Shown: in pieces, positions 16,999 to 25,824 of the stretch | Layout: every line of letters starts with the position of its first letter | Position numbering within the stretch: position 1 is the first letter of the stretch | Assembly (NCBI GenBank): GCA_965200085.1 | Contig: OZ241333.1 | Location: 547,704-611,703, forward strand | Direction of reading: 5' to 3' | Length of the DNA: 64,000 nt | Source of the DNA: Dehalococcoidia bacterium | GTDB taxonomy: Bacteria > Chloroflexota > Dehalococcoidia > Lucifugimonadales > JADFKI01 | Program-made: the position numbers and the translations under genes | Notes under the pieces: model-generated | Seen by the model: only the letters and a program-made list of their open reading frames with translations | The model's database searches: none | Told to the model about the DNA's origin: nothing

Positions 16999-18318
16999 AT
17001 GACTATGAGTTTTGAGAATGTAAGCCTCTTTCCGATTACGGCAGGGGTTAATGAACGGGATCACTTGGAGCTGGGGGGATGCGATGTGGTGGATCTGGCG
17101 TCCGAGTTTGGGACGCCTCTTTATGTATTCGACGAGGAGACGCTGCGCGGTATGTGCCGCGAGTTCGTGGCAGAGTTCGGGTCGCGCTACCCAAACAGTC
17201 GCGTAGCATACGCATCCAAGGCGTTTGTGAATCCTGCGATCGCGCGCATCGTTACAGAGGAAGGATTGGGGCTGGATGTGGTGTCCGGGGGAGAGCTTGC
17301 CGTGGCGCGCGCTGCTGATGTTCCGCCGGATGGTATTTATTTCCACGGCAATAATAAGACCCCGGACGAATTAGAGTTTGCGCTGGACTATGGCATCGGA
17401 CAAATCGTCGTGGACAGCTTCCACGAACTGGATGTGCTGGATGCGATAGCAGGGCAGCGCGGTGTTCGACAGAATATCATGCTGCGCCTTTCGCCCAGCG
17501 TTGATCCGCACACGCATGTGCACACAACCACCGGCATCTTGGACAGCAAGTTTGGCTTTTCGATAGAGACGGGAGACGCTGCGAAGGCGGTACGCCAAGC
17601 AATGTCTGCGGCAAACCTCGATCTCGTAGGCATACACTTCCATCTGGGGTCTCCGATATTCGAGATTGAGCCATACGCATTTGCCGTGGAGGTTGTGCTG
17701 AACTTTCTGACACAGTTCAAAGAGGAAGGACTGCGGCTGGAGCAGTTTAGCCCGGGCGGCGGTTTTGCCATTGGTTATGTGCGGAGCGAGCCGCCGCCGG
17801 AAATATCAGAGTACGCCAATGTTATAACAGAAAGTACGGCGCGCCTGTGCGAGGAGCTGGGATTCGGCACGCCCCGCCTTGTAGTGGAGCCCGGCCGGTC
17901 GATAGTAGGACGCGCGGGTGTCGCCCTGTACACCGTGGGAGGAATCAAAGACATCCCAACCGTCCGCAAGTATGTATCACTGGACGGCGGTATGGGGGAT
18001 AACATCCGCCCGGCGATTTACGGCTCGGAGTACGAGGCAGTGCTGGCTAGCAGGATGTCGGCGAAGCCGGCAGAAGTGGTTACGCTTGCCGGAAAATACT
18101 GCGAAAGCGGCGATGTGCTGGTACGAGACATAACAATGCCGGTTGTCAGGTCCGGGGACATAGTGGCGATACCCTCTTCCGGGGCTTATGCTCCGTCAAT
18201 GGCAAGCAACTACAACCTCAACGGCAGGCCTGCCATCGTGATAGCGAAGGACGGAGATGCGCGGCTAATTCGCAGGCGCGAAACCTATGCGGATATGATG
18301 ATGGCGGATGTGTTTTAG
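16999..18318 (+). CDS. lysA: Diaminopimelate decarboxylase
   Basis: It has the PLP-lysine context AYASKAF, then HFHLGS, EPGRSIVG, CESGD and SSGAY motifs. GGAG sits 5 nt before ATG 16999; the track start at 16975 is an upstream TTG. Confidence 0.9.
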   Translation: MTMSFENVSLFPITAGVNERDHLELGGCDVVDLASEFGTPLYVFDEETLRGMCREFVAEFGSRYPNSRVAYASKAFVNPAIARIVTEEGLGLDVVSGGELAVARAADVPPDGIYFHGNNKTPDELEFALDYGIGQIVVDSFHELDVLDAIAGQRGVRQNIMLRLSPSVDPHTHVHTTTGILDSKFGFSIETGDAAKAVRQAMSAANLDLVGIHFHLGSPIFEIEPYAFAVEVVLNFLTQFKEEGLRLEQFSPGGGFAIGYVRSEPPPEISEYANVITESTARLCEELGFGTPRLVVEPGRSIVGRAGVALYTVGGIKDIPTVRKYVSLDGGMGDNIRPAIYGSEYEAVLASRMSAKPAEVVTLAGKYCESGDVLVRDITMPVVRSGDIVAIPSSGAYAPSMASNYNLNGRPAIVIAKDGDARLIRRRETYADMMMADVF

Positions 18319-18564
18319 ACGAAATTAGAGATGAACTTGTATGAACAATACCCGTGAGGATAGGTTTCACATTAGACGCTCTTTATGCCACCCAAACTAA
18401 CCGCTTGCCACATCGCCCCATGAAAGGTATTCTCACCGTGCAATAGCAACGCACTTATTAGGATTAAGGCTTTATCTGTTGCGTAGCTTCTGCTTCTACA
18501 TAAACCCTGACGCCCAGCATACAAGTCAGAACATCTGATTAAAATCTTTCAAGGAGGCACATCT

Positions 18565-20112
18565 ATGAAATACGACTACATCGTCATCGGCGCCGGGTCT
18601 GCGGGCGCGATTGTCGCTGCGCGCCTAAGCGAAAACTCAAGCAAATCGGTACTGCTGTTGGAGGCGGGACCTGACTACGCAGAGATAGAGCAGCTTCCGG
18701 ACGAGGTGCGATACGGTTACGCCACCGGCACGGATGTGATGGTTAGCGATCACAACTGGCAGTTCTGGGGCCAGCCCACGGAGCGTGCAGAGCCTATGAT
18801 GGTGCCGCGCGGCAAAGTTACCGGCGGCTCAAGCGCCATCAATGGTCAGATGTTCCTGCGCGGCGTCCCCGAAGACTACGACGGCTGGGCAGACATGGGC
18901 AATCCGGACTGGACATTCGACAAGCTTATGCCGTACTTCCGCAAGCTGGAAACCGATACCGACTTCTCCGACGATTTCCACGGCACGGACGGTCCCATAA
19001 TCGCACGGCGCTTCAAGCCGGACGAATGGCTGCCCGCACAGCAGGCGTTCTACGAAGCCTGCAAAGCAGCAGGATACTCCGAAAGTCCCGACCTGAACAA
19101 CCCCGACTCAACCGGTATCAGCCCAACTCCATTCAACAACCCGCAAGGCATCCGATGGAGCACAAACATCGGCTACCTAGGAATGTCGCGCCACCGACTG
19201 AACCTCACGATCCGTGCGAACTGCGCAACTCGGCGCATCTTGTTCGAGGGCAAGAAGGCAGTGGGCGTGCAGGTTGAGAGCGGGGGTGAAACCTTTGAGG
19301 TGTTCGGTGATGAGATAGTTATGAGTGCTGGCGCGATAGGCTCACCCCAGATACTAATGCTTTCAGGAGTGGGGCCCGCAGCGCACCTCGCAGAAATGAA
19401 CATCCCGCTGGTGCATGACATGCCCGGAGTCGGGCAAAACCTGCGCGATCACCCTATCGTATGGGTAACTTGGAAGACGAAAGAGGGCTTCCCGCTGGAC
19501 GGACTCGCGCCGCGCAACCAGCTTGTGCTGCGTTACACGGCAGAAGGCAGCGACCTGCGAAACGACATGATTATGATATTCCAGTCGTTCGCCACAGAGC
19601 GCGTTAATCGTGGCGGCGGACGCATGGATCCGCTCGGTATCCGCGCCATCGTCTCCATTTACCTTGCGAAGAGCTCCGGTGAACTGAAACTCACATCAGC
19701 AGACCATAATGTGCAGCCGTTCCTAAACTACAACTACTTCGACGACGAGTTCGATCGCATAAGAATGCGCGAGGGTATCCATCGTGTAATTCAGCTGGGT
19801 GAACACGAAGCGTTCAAGGACATTATAGAAAGTCGCATCGAACCGCTAGACTCTGACCTAGAATCCGACGATGCGCTAGATGACTGGATGATGCGCGAGG
19901 CAACCACCGGGCACCATATATCAGGCACTTGCAAGATGGGACCCGCGTCCGACCCGATGGCGGTAGTTGACCAGCACGGAAATGTGCACGGATTAGAGGG
20001 CTTGCGCGTAGTGGACGCCTCCGTAATGCCGGACTGCATCCGCGCAAACACCAATGTTACCACGATGATGATAGGCGAGCGCATGGCAGACTTTATTGCC
20101 GGCAAGGCGTAA
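18565..20112 (+). CDS. GMC-family FAD oxidoreductase (choline/alcohol dehydrogenase-like)
   Basis: The N-terminal YDYIVIGAGSAGAIVAARLSE is the FAD fold. It has GGSSAINGQMFLRG, and C-terminal HISGTCKMG and LRVVDASVMP signatures. AAGGAGG lies upstream. Confidence 0.88.
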   Translation: MKYDYIVIGAGSAGAIVAARLSENSSKSVLLLEAGPDYAEIEQLPDEVRYGYATGTDVMVSDHNWQFWGQPTERAEPMMVPRGKVTGGSSAINGQMFLRGVPEDYDGWADMGNPDWTFDKLMPYFRKLETDTDFSDDFHGTDGPIIARRFKPDEWLPAQQAFYEACKAAGYSESPDLNNPDSTGISPTPFNNPQGIRWSTNIGYLGMSRHRLNLTIRANCATRRILFEGKKAVGVQVESGGETFEVFGDEIVMSAGAIGSPQILMLSGVGPAAHLAEMNIPLVHDMPGVGQNLRDHPIVWVTWKTKEGFPLDGLAPRNQLVLRYTAEGSDLRNDMIMIFQSFATERVNRGGGRMDPLGIRAIVSIYLAKSSGELKLTSADHNVQPFLNYNYFDDEFDRIRMREGIHRVIQLGEHEAFKDIIESRIEPLDSDLESDDALDDWMMREATTGHHISGTCKMGPASDPMAVVDQHGNVHGLEGLRVVDASVMPDCIRANTNVTTMMIGERMADFIAGKA

Positions 20113-20132
20113 GCGCCTAACTTGAATAACAA

Positions 20133-20186
20133 ACAGAATGGACAGGGTTGGCGTCATTCGCACTTTTCGCGACCTGTCCATTCTGT
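20133..20186. terminator. Hairpin between convergent genes (likely bidirectional terminator), sharing its core with the hairpin at 23091-23134
   Basis: A perfect 14-bp stem ACAGAATGGACAGG/CCTGTCCATTCTGT encloses a 26-nt loop. An A-rich run precedes it and a T-rich run follows. Confidence 0.5.
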
Positions 20187-20277
20187 CTATCTATGTCCCA
20201 CAAACAGCCGGCCCACAAGTAATCTGATTTAACCGTGTGTCTGAATGTGTGGGTTGGCGTGAATAGGTTCAGGTAAA

Positions 20278-21039
20278 TCACGCGCTGCCGTCCGCTATCA
20301 CCGGGTTCCGAAGAACCCCGATACCCTGAACCTCGACCTCGACCTCGTCGCCGATATTGATTTCGTCAACACCAGGGCATCCGCTAGGGATGATGTCTCC
20401 TGGGTATAGAGTCATCACATCCGATACCCAGCTCACGAGTTCCGCCACGCCCCAAAGCATATCTCTGCTGGATCCGTCAACCACTCTTTGTCCGTTCACG
20501 CGGCACTGTATCCGCAGGTCGTCGCCGTCTAGGTCAGTGGCTATTACTGGCCCAAGCGGGCAGAAGGTGTCAAAGTGTTTCCAGCGCAAGCTCATGCCTG
20601 CGCCTACATCGTTGTTGGTGAGTTCGGCCGCGCTCACATCGTTGACGCATGTGTAGCCCAGCACATAATCCAGCGCATCGTTTACGCTGACCTGCCGCGC
20701 CTGTTTGCCAATGACTATGCCGACCTCGGCTTCGTGGATGATGCGACGACCGATACGCGGGTATATGATAGGATCGTCAGTGCCTATGACGGTTCCGGGC
20801 TGCTTCATAAAGATGCCAGGGCCGTCGCGTCCCGCCTTCTCGCCATAGTTCGCTGCGATAGCCACAACCTTGTTGGCGTGGCGGTCTATCGGCGCAAGCA
20901 GTCGTGCTTCGGATAGGGAACACAACCGCCGTCCTGCGCGCGGGCTGGCGTAGAGATTACCCTCAAGCTCGCGCACTTCGTCGCGGTCTATGATGCCCCA
21001 GTGTGTCCCGTTGTTCCAAGAAAATCGCGCAATGTGCAT
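20278..21039 (-). CDS. Fumarylacetoacetate hydrolase (FAH) family protein
   Basis: It has HEAEVGIVIGK, GYTCVNDVSA and PGDIIPSGCPGV, typical of FAH-fold hydratases/decarboxylases. The likely start is MHIARFSW at 21039; the track start at 21105 overlaps the upstream gene end. Confidence 0.85.
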   Translation of the reverse strand: MHIARFSWNNGTHWGIIDRDEVRELEGNLYASPRAGRRLCSLSEARLLAPIDRHANKVVAIAANYGEKAGRDGPGIFMKQPGTVIGTDDPIIYPRIGRRIIHEAEVGIVIGKQARQVSVNDALDYVLGYTCVNDVSAAELTNNDVGAGMSLRWKHFDTFCPLGPVIATDLDGDDLRIQCRVNGQRVVDGSSRDMLWGVAELVSWVSDVMTLYPGDIIPSGCPGVDEINIGDEVEVEVQGIGVLRNPVIADGSA

Positions 21040-21058
21040 TAGGCTTGCCTCATTTCTA

Positions 21059-21919
21059 TCAGCCTTCTGGTTTCCAAGATACGATTGCGCTCCGCCTCGG
21101 CGCAACGCCCCGAACAGACAAGCCGTCCGGCGTGTCCACTAGCAGGTCATCTGCTGCTGCGCGAAGTCGCTCTTCTGCGGCGCTGTCCTCTTCTATACCG
21201 AGCCTCTGCATGAGATGCTCCATCACCGAATCGCGGTCGGCGTCGATAACGGAAGGCTCAGGGCTGACCATTTGCACATCAGGGTAGATGTCCATCGCCC
21301 ACAGCAGTTGGAGTATTTTCGGCAGTCCCGGCAGCGGTGGCGGCGCTGTTCCGTGTACCCGCTCGTAGAAGGGCATTTCAACTGCGCCGGGCGTCTCCAT
21401 CATCTCCACTATCACCACGCGGTCTTTGGCGTGCTGCGCCAATCTTTCCACGAATGGCACGGCGTCCATGACATGATGCAAGACCAGCGAGCAGAGAACG
21501 ATGTCTGCCGGCGGGACTTCCGCCTCTGCCCAGACTTCGTTGACGATGGTTATGTTCGTGATGTCGGCGTCTGCGGCGCGCTCTTTTAGCAGCTCGATTG
21601 AATCTTCCGACGGCTCTACTACCGTTACCTGCTTAGTGTGCGTTGCAAGAGGCATGGCAAGCCGCCCTGAGCCGCCGCCGACATCGAGAACATCAGCGTC
21701 TGTGCCAACAATGTCGAATAGGGTGTTCAGCACGGGGTCGTCTGTACGGCGAGGGTCGAGGGGCTTGTTCGTGTAGGTGAAGCGTCTGCGGCCGCCGTGT
21801 GCCTGTGCGGCTCCATGCGTTTGTCCGCCTCCGTGTCCAGGTCCGTCGCCTCGCAGCGCTTGCATGTAACGATCGTAGGATTCCATCTGTTCTGTCCAGA
21901 AGTCAAATGTTGAACTCAT
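21059..21919 (-). CDS. Class I SAM-dependent methyltransferase
   Basis: Motif I is VLDVGGGSGRLAMPLA, followed by acidic post-I and DIVLCSLVLHH motifs. Confidence 0.75.
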   Translation of the reverse strand: MSSTFDFWTEQMESYDRYMQALRGDGPGHGGGQTHGAAQAHGGRRRFTYTNKPLDPRRTDDPVLNTLFDIVGTDADVLDVGGGSGRLAMPLATHTKQVTVVEPSEDSIELLKERAADADITNITIVNEVWAEAEVPPADIVLCSLVLHHVMDAVPFVERLAQHAKDRVVIVEMMETPGAVEMPFYERVHGTAPPPLPGLPKILQLLWAMDIYPDVQMVSPEPSVIDADRDSVMEHLMQRLGIEEDSAAEERLRAAADDLLVDTPDGLSVRGVAPRRSAIVSWKPEG

Positions 21920-22284
21920 AGTATATCCCTCAGGAATAGTATCAGCGATTTAGCTAACAGGCCATTATATCACAACATTGCAGGCGCAAAGCCCGCAAAA
22001 ATCGGTTTGCAGTTACTATGCAGGGACATTACATTTGGAGGGCTTGTCAGTTCGTATGGAACGCTTGTATAGAACCTATATTTTGCAGGAACGGTATCTT
22101 TATATTGCAGGAGCAATGTTTTTATAATAACCGCTTTATTATTACTGCGAAGTTGCCATAGCCAATGCCGTACCCAATCTATCATTTGCGTCAAATCTAG
22201 TTAGGTATTACTATATTGGCGCGTCCGGTTTAATATCGCTTGGACGCGCTGCAATGCACACCATTAAGTTAAGGAGGCGCATAT

Positions 22285-23052
22285 ATGCCACATAACTATA
22301 CGACCGATATGTATGAAGGGATGATTGCGGAGACCATCACGATTAACGGCGCGAATGGCGACGCAATTAACACCTACTTCGCACGACCTCTGGGCGATGG
22401 TCCCTTTCCTGCGATGGTTCTGATTCACCACCTGCCGGGCTGGGACGAGCTTTACCGAGACTTCACGCGCAAGTTCGCGCACCATGGATATCTGGCTATC
22501 TCGCCCGACCTGTATCATCGCTTCGGGCATGGTACACCCGACGATGTCGCTGCGAAAGCACGCGCAGAAGGCGGCGCACCCGACGATCAGGTTGTCGCCG
22601 ATATGTCTGCGGCTGCAGACTACATCCGATCATTGCCCTACTCTAACGGTAAAGTCGGTGTGTTCGGCACATGCTCTGGCGGACGGCACGCCTTCCTGTG
22701 TGCCTGCCGCTCAGATTCGTTTGACGCCGCAGTGGAATGCTGGGGCGGACGCGTGGTGCAGGGACCTGACGACCTGACCCCCGAGCAGCCCGTCGCGCCT
22801 ATCGACTACACTGCCTATCTGTCTTGCCCGTTGCTAGGTCTGTTCGGCGCAGATGACCTAAGCCCCACGCCGGAGCAGGTAACACAGCATGAGCAGGCTC
22901 TCAAAGATGCCGGCAAGGACTACGAGTTCCACATGTACGAGGGCGCGGGACACGGCTTCTTCTACTACGACCGTGGCGCATATCGACAGGAGCAAGCGGT
23001 GGACGGCTGGGACAAGCTCTTCGATTTCATCGGAAAGCACCTTGCAGGATAG
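22285..23052 (+). CDS. Dienelactone hydrolase family protein
   Basis: It has PAMVLIHHLPGWDE, the nucleophile region VGVFGTCSGGRHAF and C-terminal YEGAGHGF. AAGGAGG lies upstream. Confidence 0.8.
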   Translation: MPHNYTTDMYEGMIAETITINGANGDAINTYFARPLGDGPFPAMVLIHHLPGWDELYRDFTRKFAHHGYLAISPDLYHRFGHGTPDDVAAKARAEGGAPDDQVVADMSAAADYIRSLPYSNGKVGVFGTCSGGRHAFLCACRSDSFDAAVECWGGRVVQGPDDLTPEQPVAPIDYTAYLSCPLLGLFGADDLSPTPEQVTQHEQALKDAGKDYEFHMYEGAGHGFFYYDRGAYRQEQAVDGWDKLFDFIGKHLAG

Positions 23053-23090
23053 CAGTTCAAGTTCACGATCAGCAGTCTAAGAACACAAAT

Positions 23091-23134
23091 ATGGACAGGA
23101 TCGCAGATTTGGAAGAGTCTGCAATCCTGTCCAT
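23091..23134. terminator. Hairpin between convergent genes, of the same core family as 20133-20186
   Basis: A 17-bp stem ATGGACAGGATCGCAGA/TCTGCAATCCTGTCCAT has one mismatch and a 10-nt loop. An A-rich run precedes it and TTTAT follows. Confidence 0.5.
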
Positions 23135-23177
23135 TTATGTCAGCAGGTTAGTTATAACTGAGTGTTGGAGCCAGATC

Positions 23178-24818
23178 CTAACGCCAATAACGCGAGATAT
23201 TCTCTTCTTCCTTCGTCATCATCTCCAGCACCGCAGGCTGGTTGTTCTGCGTAGCTTCTAGCGCGCGCTTTATCGCTGGGTTCACCTCGTCAGGCGACGA
23301 CACGCGTTCAGCGTATGCCCCCAACCCTTCTGCAACTTTGGCGTACTCGCCGCCCAGCCTGTTGCTGCCCCAGTGTTCGGTGGCGTGTGGGAAGTGGTCA
23401 TAATAGTGCGTCATCACGCCGTTGTTCAGTATGATGGTAAGCGTGCCGATGTTAGAGCGAGCGGCAGTCTCGATGTCCAAGCCTGCCATTCCGAATGCGG
23501 CATCGCCCATAATGTTGATGACCGTCTTGTCAGGCGCAGCCATCTTCGCGCCCAGCGCCAGCCCCAAGCCGTATCCGAGCTGCGTTGACTTGCCCCAGCC
23601 AATGTAGCCGCGCGGTGTAGTAACGGGCCAGAATGGCACAATCTGCTCACGCGGATATCCAGAGTCGTGGGTAACGATGGTGTTGGCAATGTCCACATTC
23701 GCCATCATTTCGTTAAAGACGCGGTAAGGACTTATGGGTACTTCATCTGATACGAAGTTCGGTCCCCACTCTGCCATGTACTCGTCGCGTATGTTCTTGA
23801 TTTCGTCGCGTACCCCGTTCACATCGCCGCGTCCTTCTGCGCCGAGCTGACTCTTCACCTCTTCAATCATCTGCTGCAAGACTATCTTGGCATCGCCGAC
23901 TGCCCCGTAGTCCGCGCGGTAGTCTTTATTTACATCTTCTGCGCAGTTTGTGATGTGCGCCAGCGTTACGCCGGCAGGCATGGGTGCGTTGAAGTTCGAT
24001 ATGGTAAAGCTTGTGCCAATGCCGGCAACTATATCCGCCTTTTCGAGGAAGCGCGCACACATGAGAGTGCCGCTGGATGCGCCTGTGCCAAGCGAGAGCG
24101 GGTGCGTCTCCGGGAAGGCGCTCTTCCCTGCGAGAGTGGTCATCACAGGTATGTTTGTGAGTTCGGCAAATTCGATAAGTTCCGGCGTGGCTTCTGCGTA
24201 CAGGACACCTTGCCCCACATTGATTACCGGAGAACTTGCGCCGAGCAGCGCTTTCACCACATCGCGCACATCCTCTTGAGATGCGCCGGACTTATGCACT
24301 TCCACAGGCTTGTAATTCAGTTCGCCCGGAAACTCCGCAGCGGCAACATCGCCCGGAAACTCCAGCAATACAGGTCCCAGCCTGCCATGCTTCAGATGCG
24401 TCATTGCCCGCCCGACCATCTCAGGAATCCGCTCCGGCATATTAATAATCGCCGCCCACTTGGTGATGCCTTGGTAATTGGGAACAGACTCAAAGTTGGG
24501 ATGCACGCCTTGACGCGGAGCAGGGTTGCCGCCCGGAATACAAAGGAAAGGCACTGAGTCTGCGAAGCCCTGTGCAACACCCCCGAATGCGTTCTCAGCG
24601 CCCGGCCCAGTCTGCATTGTGAAGACGCCAATTTTGTTGCCGTTGTTGATACGGCTGAAGCCGTCCGCCATATTCACACCCGCGCGCTCCTGTCTGCACA
24701 GGATAGGGCGTATGCCCTCGCGCGAGCATGCGTCGATTAGGGGTTGTGCCGGAAAGCACGACAGCCATTCGACGCCCTCTGCCTTCAAGATTTTTGCCAT
24801 TGCTTCGTAGCCGTTCAA
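23178..24818 (-). CDS. Thiamine-diphosphate-dependent enzyme (acetolactate-synthase-like large subunit family)
   Basis: The N-terminal Pyr domain has GFSRIN..GVFTMQTGPGAENAFGG. The TPP motif is GDAAFGMAGLDIETAARSNIGTLTIILNNG. Length is 546 aa. Confidence 0.85.
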   Translation of the reverse strand: MNGYEAMAKILKAEGVEWLSCFPAQPLIDACSREGIRPILCRQERAGVNMADGFSRINNGNKIGVFTMQTGPGAENAFGGVAQGFADSVPFLCIPGGNPAPRQGVHPNFESVPNYQGITKWAAIINMPERIPEMVGRAMTHLKHGRLGPVLLEFPGDVAAAEFPGELNYKPVEVHKSGASQEDVRDVVKALLGASSPVINVGQGVLYAEATPELIEFAELTNIPVMTTLAGKSAFPETHPLSLGTGASSGTLMCARFLEKADIVAGIGTSFTISNFNAPMPAGVTLAHITNCAEDVNKDYRADYGAVGDAKIVLQQMIEEVKSQLGAEGRGDVNGVRDEIKNIRDEYMAEWGPNFVSDEVPISPYRVFNEMMANVDIANTIVTHDSGYPREQIVPFWPVTTPRGYIGWGKSTQLGYGLGLALGAKMAAPDKTVINIMGDAAFGMAGLDIETAARSNIGTLTIILNNGVMTHYYDHFPHATEHWGSNRLGGEYAKVAEGLGAYAERVSSPDEVNPAIKRALEATQNNQPAVLEMMTKEEENISRYWR

Positions 24819-24891
24819 TTCATATCTCCTTCTATCATCATTTCCGCTCGTTGGTATATCAGTATATCAGTTTGAAAATCTTCCTTCACTG

Positions 24892-25789
24892 CTAACTCTG
24901 CTGACGGCGCAATCTCTCCAACTCCGCCTCTAGCTCTCGATTGCGCGCAGCAGATGCGCGCATCTGCGCTCGATATTGTTGTGCCTGCACTTGCGCTTCC
25001 CGCACCTGTTCTTCAGCTTCCCGTATCTGCACTTGTGCTTCCCGTACCTGAGTTTCGGCTGCCTGTACCTGCACTTGCGCTTCCCGCACCTGAGTTTCGG
25101 CTGTTCGTAACTGTTCTTTGGCTTCCCACAATGCTTCGTAAGATTCTGTTAAGTTTATCCATTCGCCGGTAACGCTGTCACGCATCAGAAATCTGCCAAA
25201 GACTTCTTCCCGGCGATAGAAAAAGTCCACGCCAAGCGCCTCACTGTGCGCCCATATATCGCCGTTGTCAGCGGCGTGAAGGTCAAACCGCTCATACTCG
25301 CCGTTGACAAGCCTCTCGCCCACAAGCGGTTCCCCGTAGTATTCGATGCACTTGTCCAGGCGCCAGTATTCTTGCGCCCCCATCCGAGCATATATGCGGC
25401 GCTTTTCGTTAAGGTCGCGACTTGCGGTACTCTCGGACGCCACTTCAAGCACAAACGCCGGTGGCACACCCCATTACGCGATAACTTCGGTCGTACACCT
25501 CTATTGCCTTGCTGTCCACACCGAACACCACATAGCCGTCCGGAACTACCACCGAGCCGGGAGTATCGGAATCGTATATGAGATTCGTCCGCTTAGACAC
25601 AAGCACATCGGGAGCATCTCCGTACCGTGCAAAGAGTGCGGACATGATTTCGATGATTGTGTCGGCTTGCTGCATTGCGTCCTCAGGCGGTTCCGGGGCT
25701 TCGTTTATGAGTTCGTACCAAGGCAATTCATCAGCATCTGTGGATGCCGCAATCGTCGCTTGGGACGGGTTAACGCCTGTGGTTGTCAT
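24892..25789 (-). pseudogene. Uma2-family (DUF820) endonuclease gene split by a 1-nt frameshift, with a heptad-repeat C-terminal extension
   Basis: Piece 25789..25445 ends ..DRSYRVMG and piece 25467..24892 begins (V)PPAFVLEVASESTASRDLNEKRRIYARMGAQEYWRLD. Together they form the Uma2 core. The frames join if one nt is removed in ggggtgtg near 25466-25470. Confidence 0.7.
24985..25110 (-). repeat. Three tandem 42-nt units (six 21-nt sub-units) inside the Uma2-like gene
   Basis: The units are 24985-25026, 25027-25068 and 25069-25110. Each begins ctgcacttg(c/t)gcttcccg and they encode AETQVREAQVQVQA-type heptads. Confidence 0.85.
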
Positions 25790-25824
25790 GGTGTGGTCCT
25801 CCGTGTGAGCGGTGTTTGGGTTAG

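Noticed and set aside
24985-25110. Regular 42-nt (21-nt) repeats as a possible CRISPR-like array.
   Set aside because: The units are contiguous with no spacers and lie inside an ORF, encoding heptad repeats. No cas genes are nearby.
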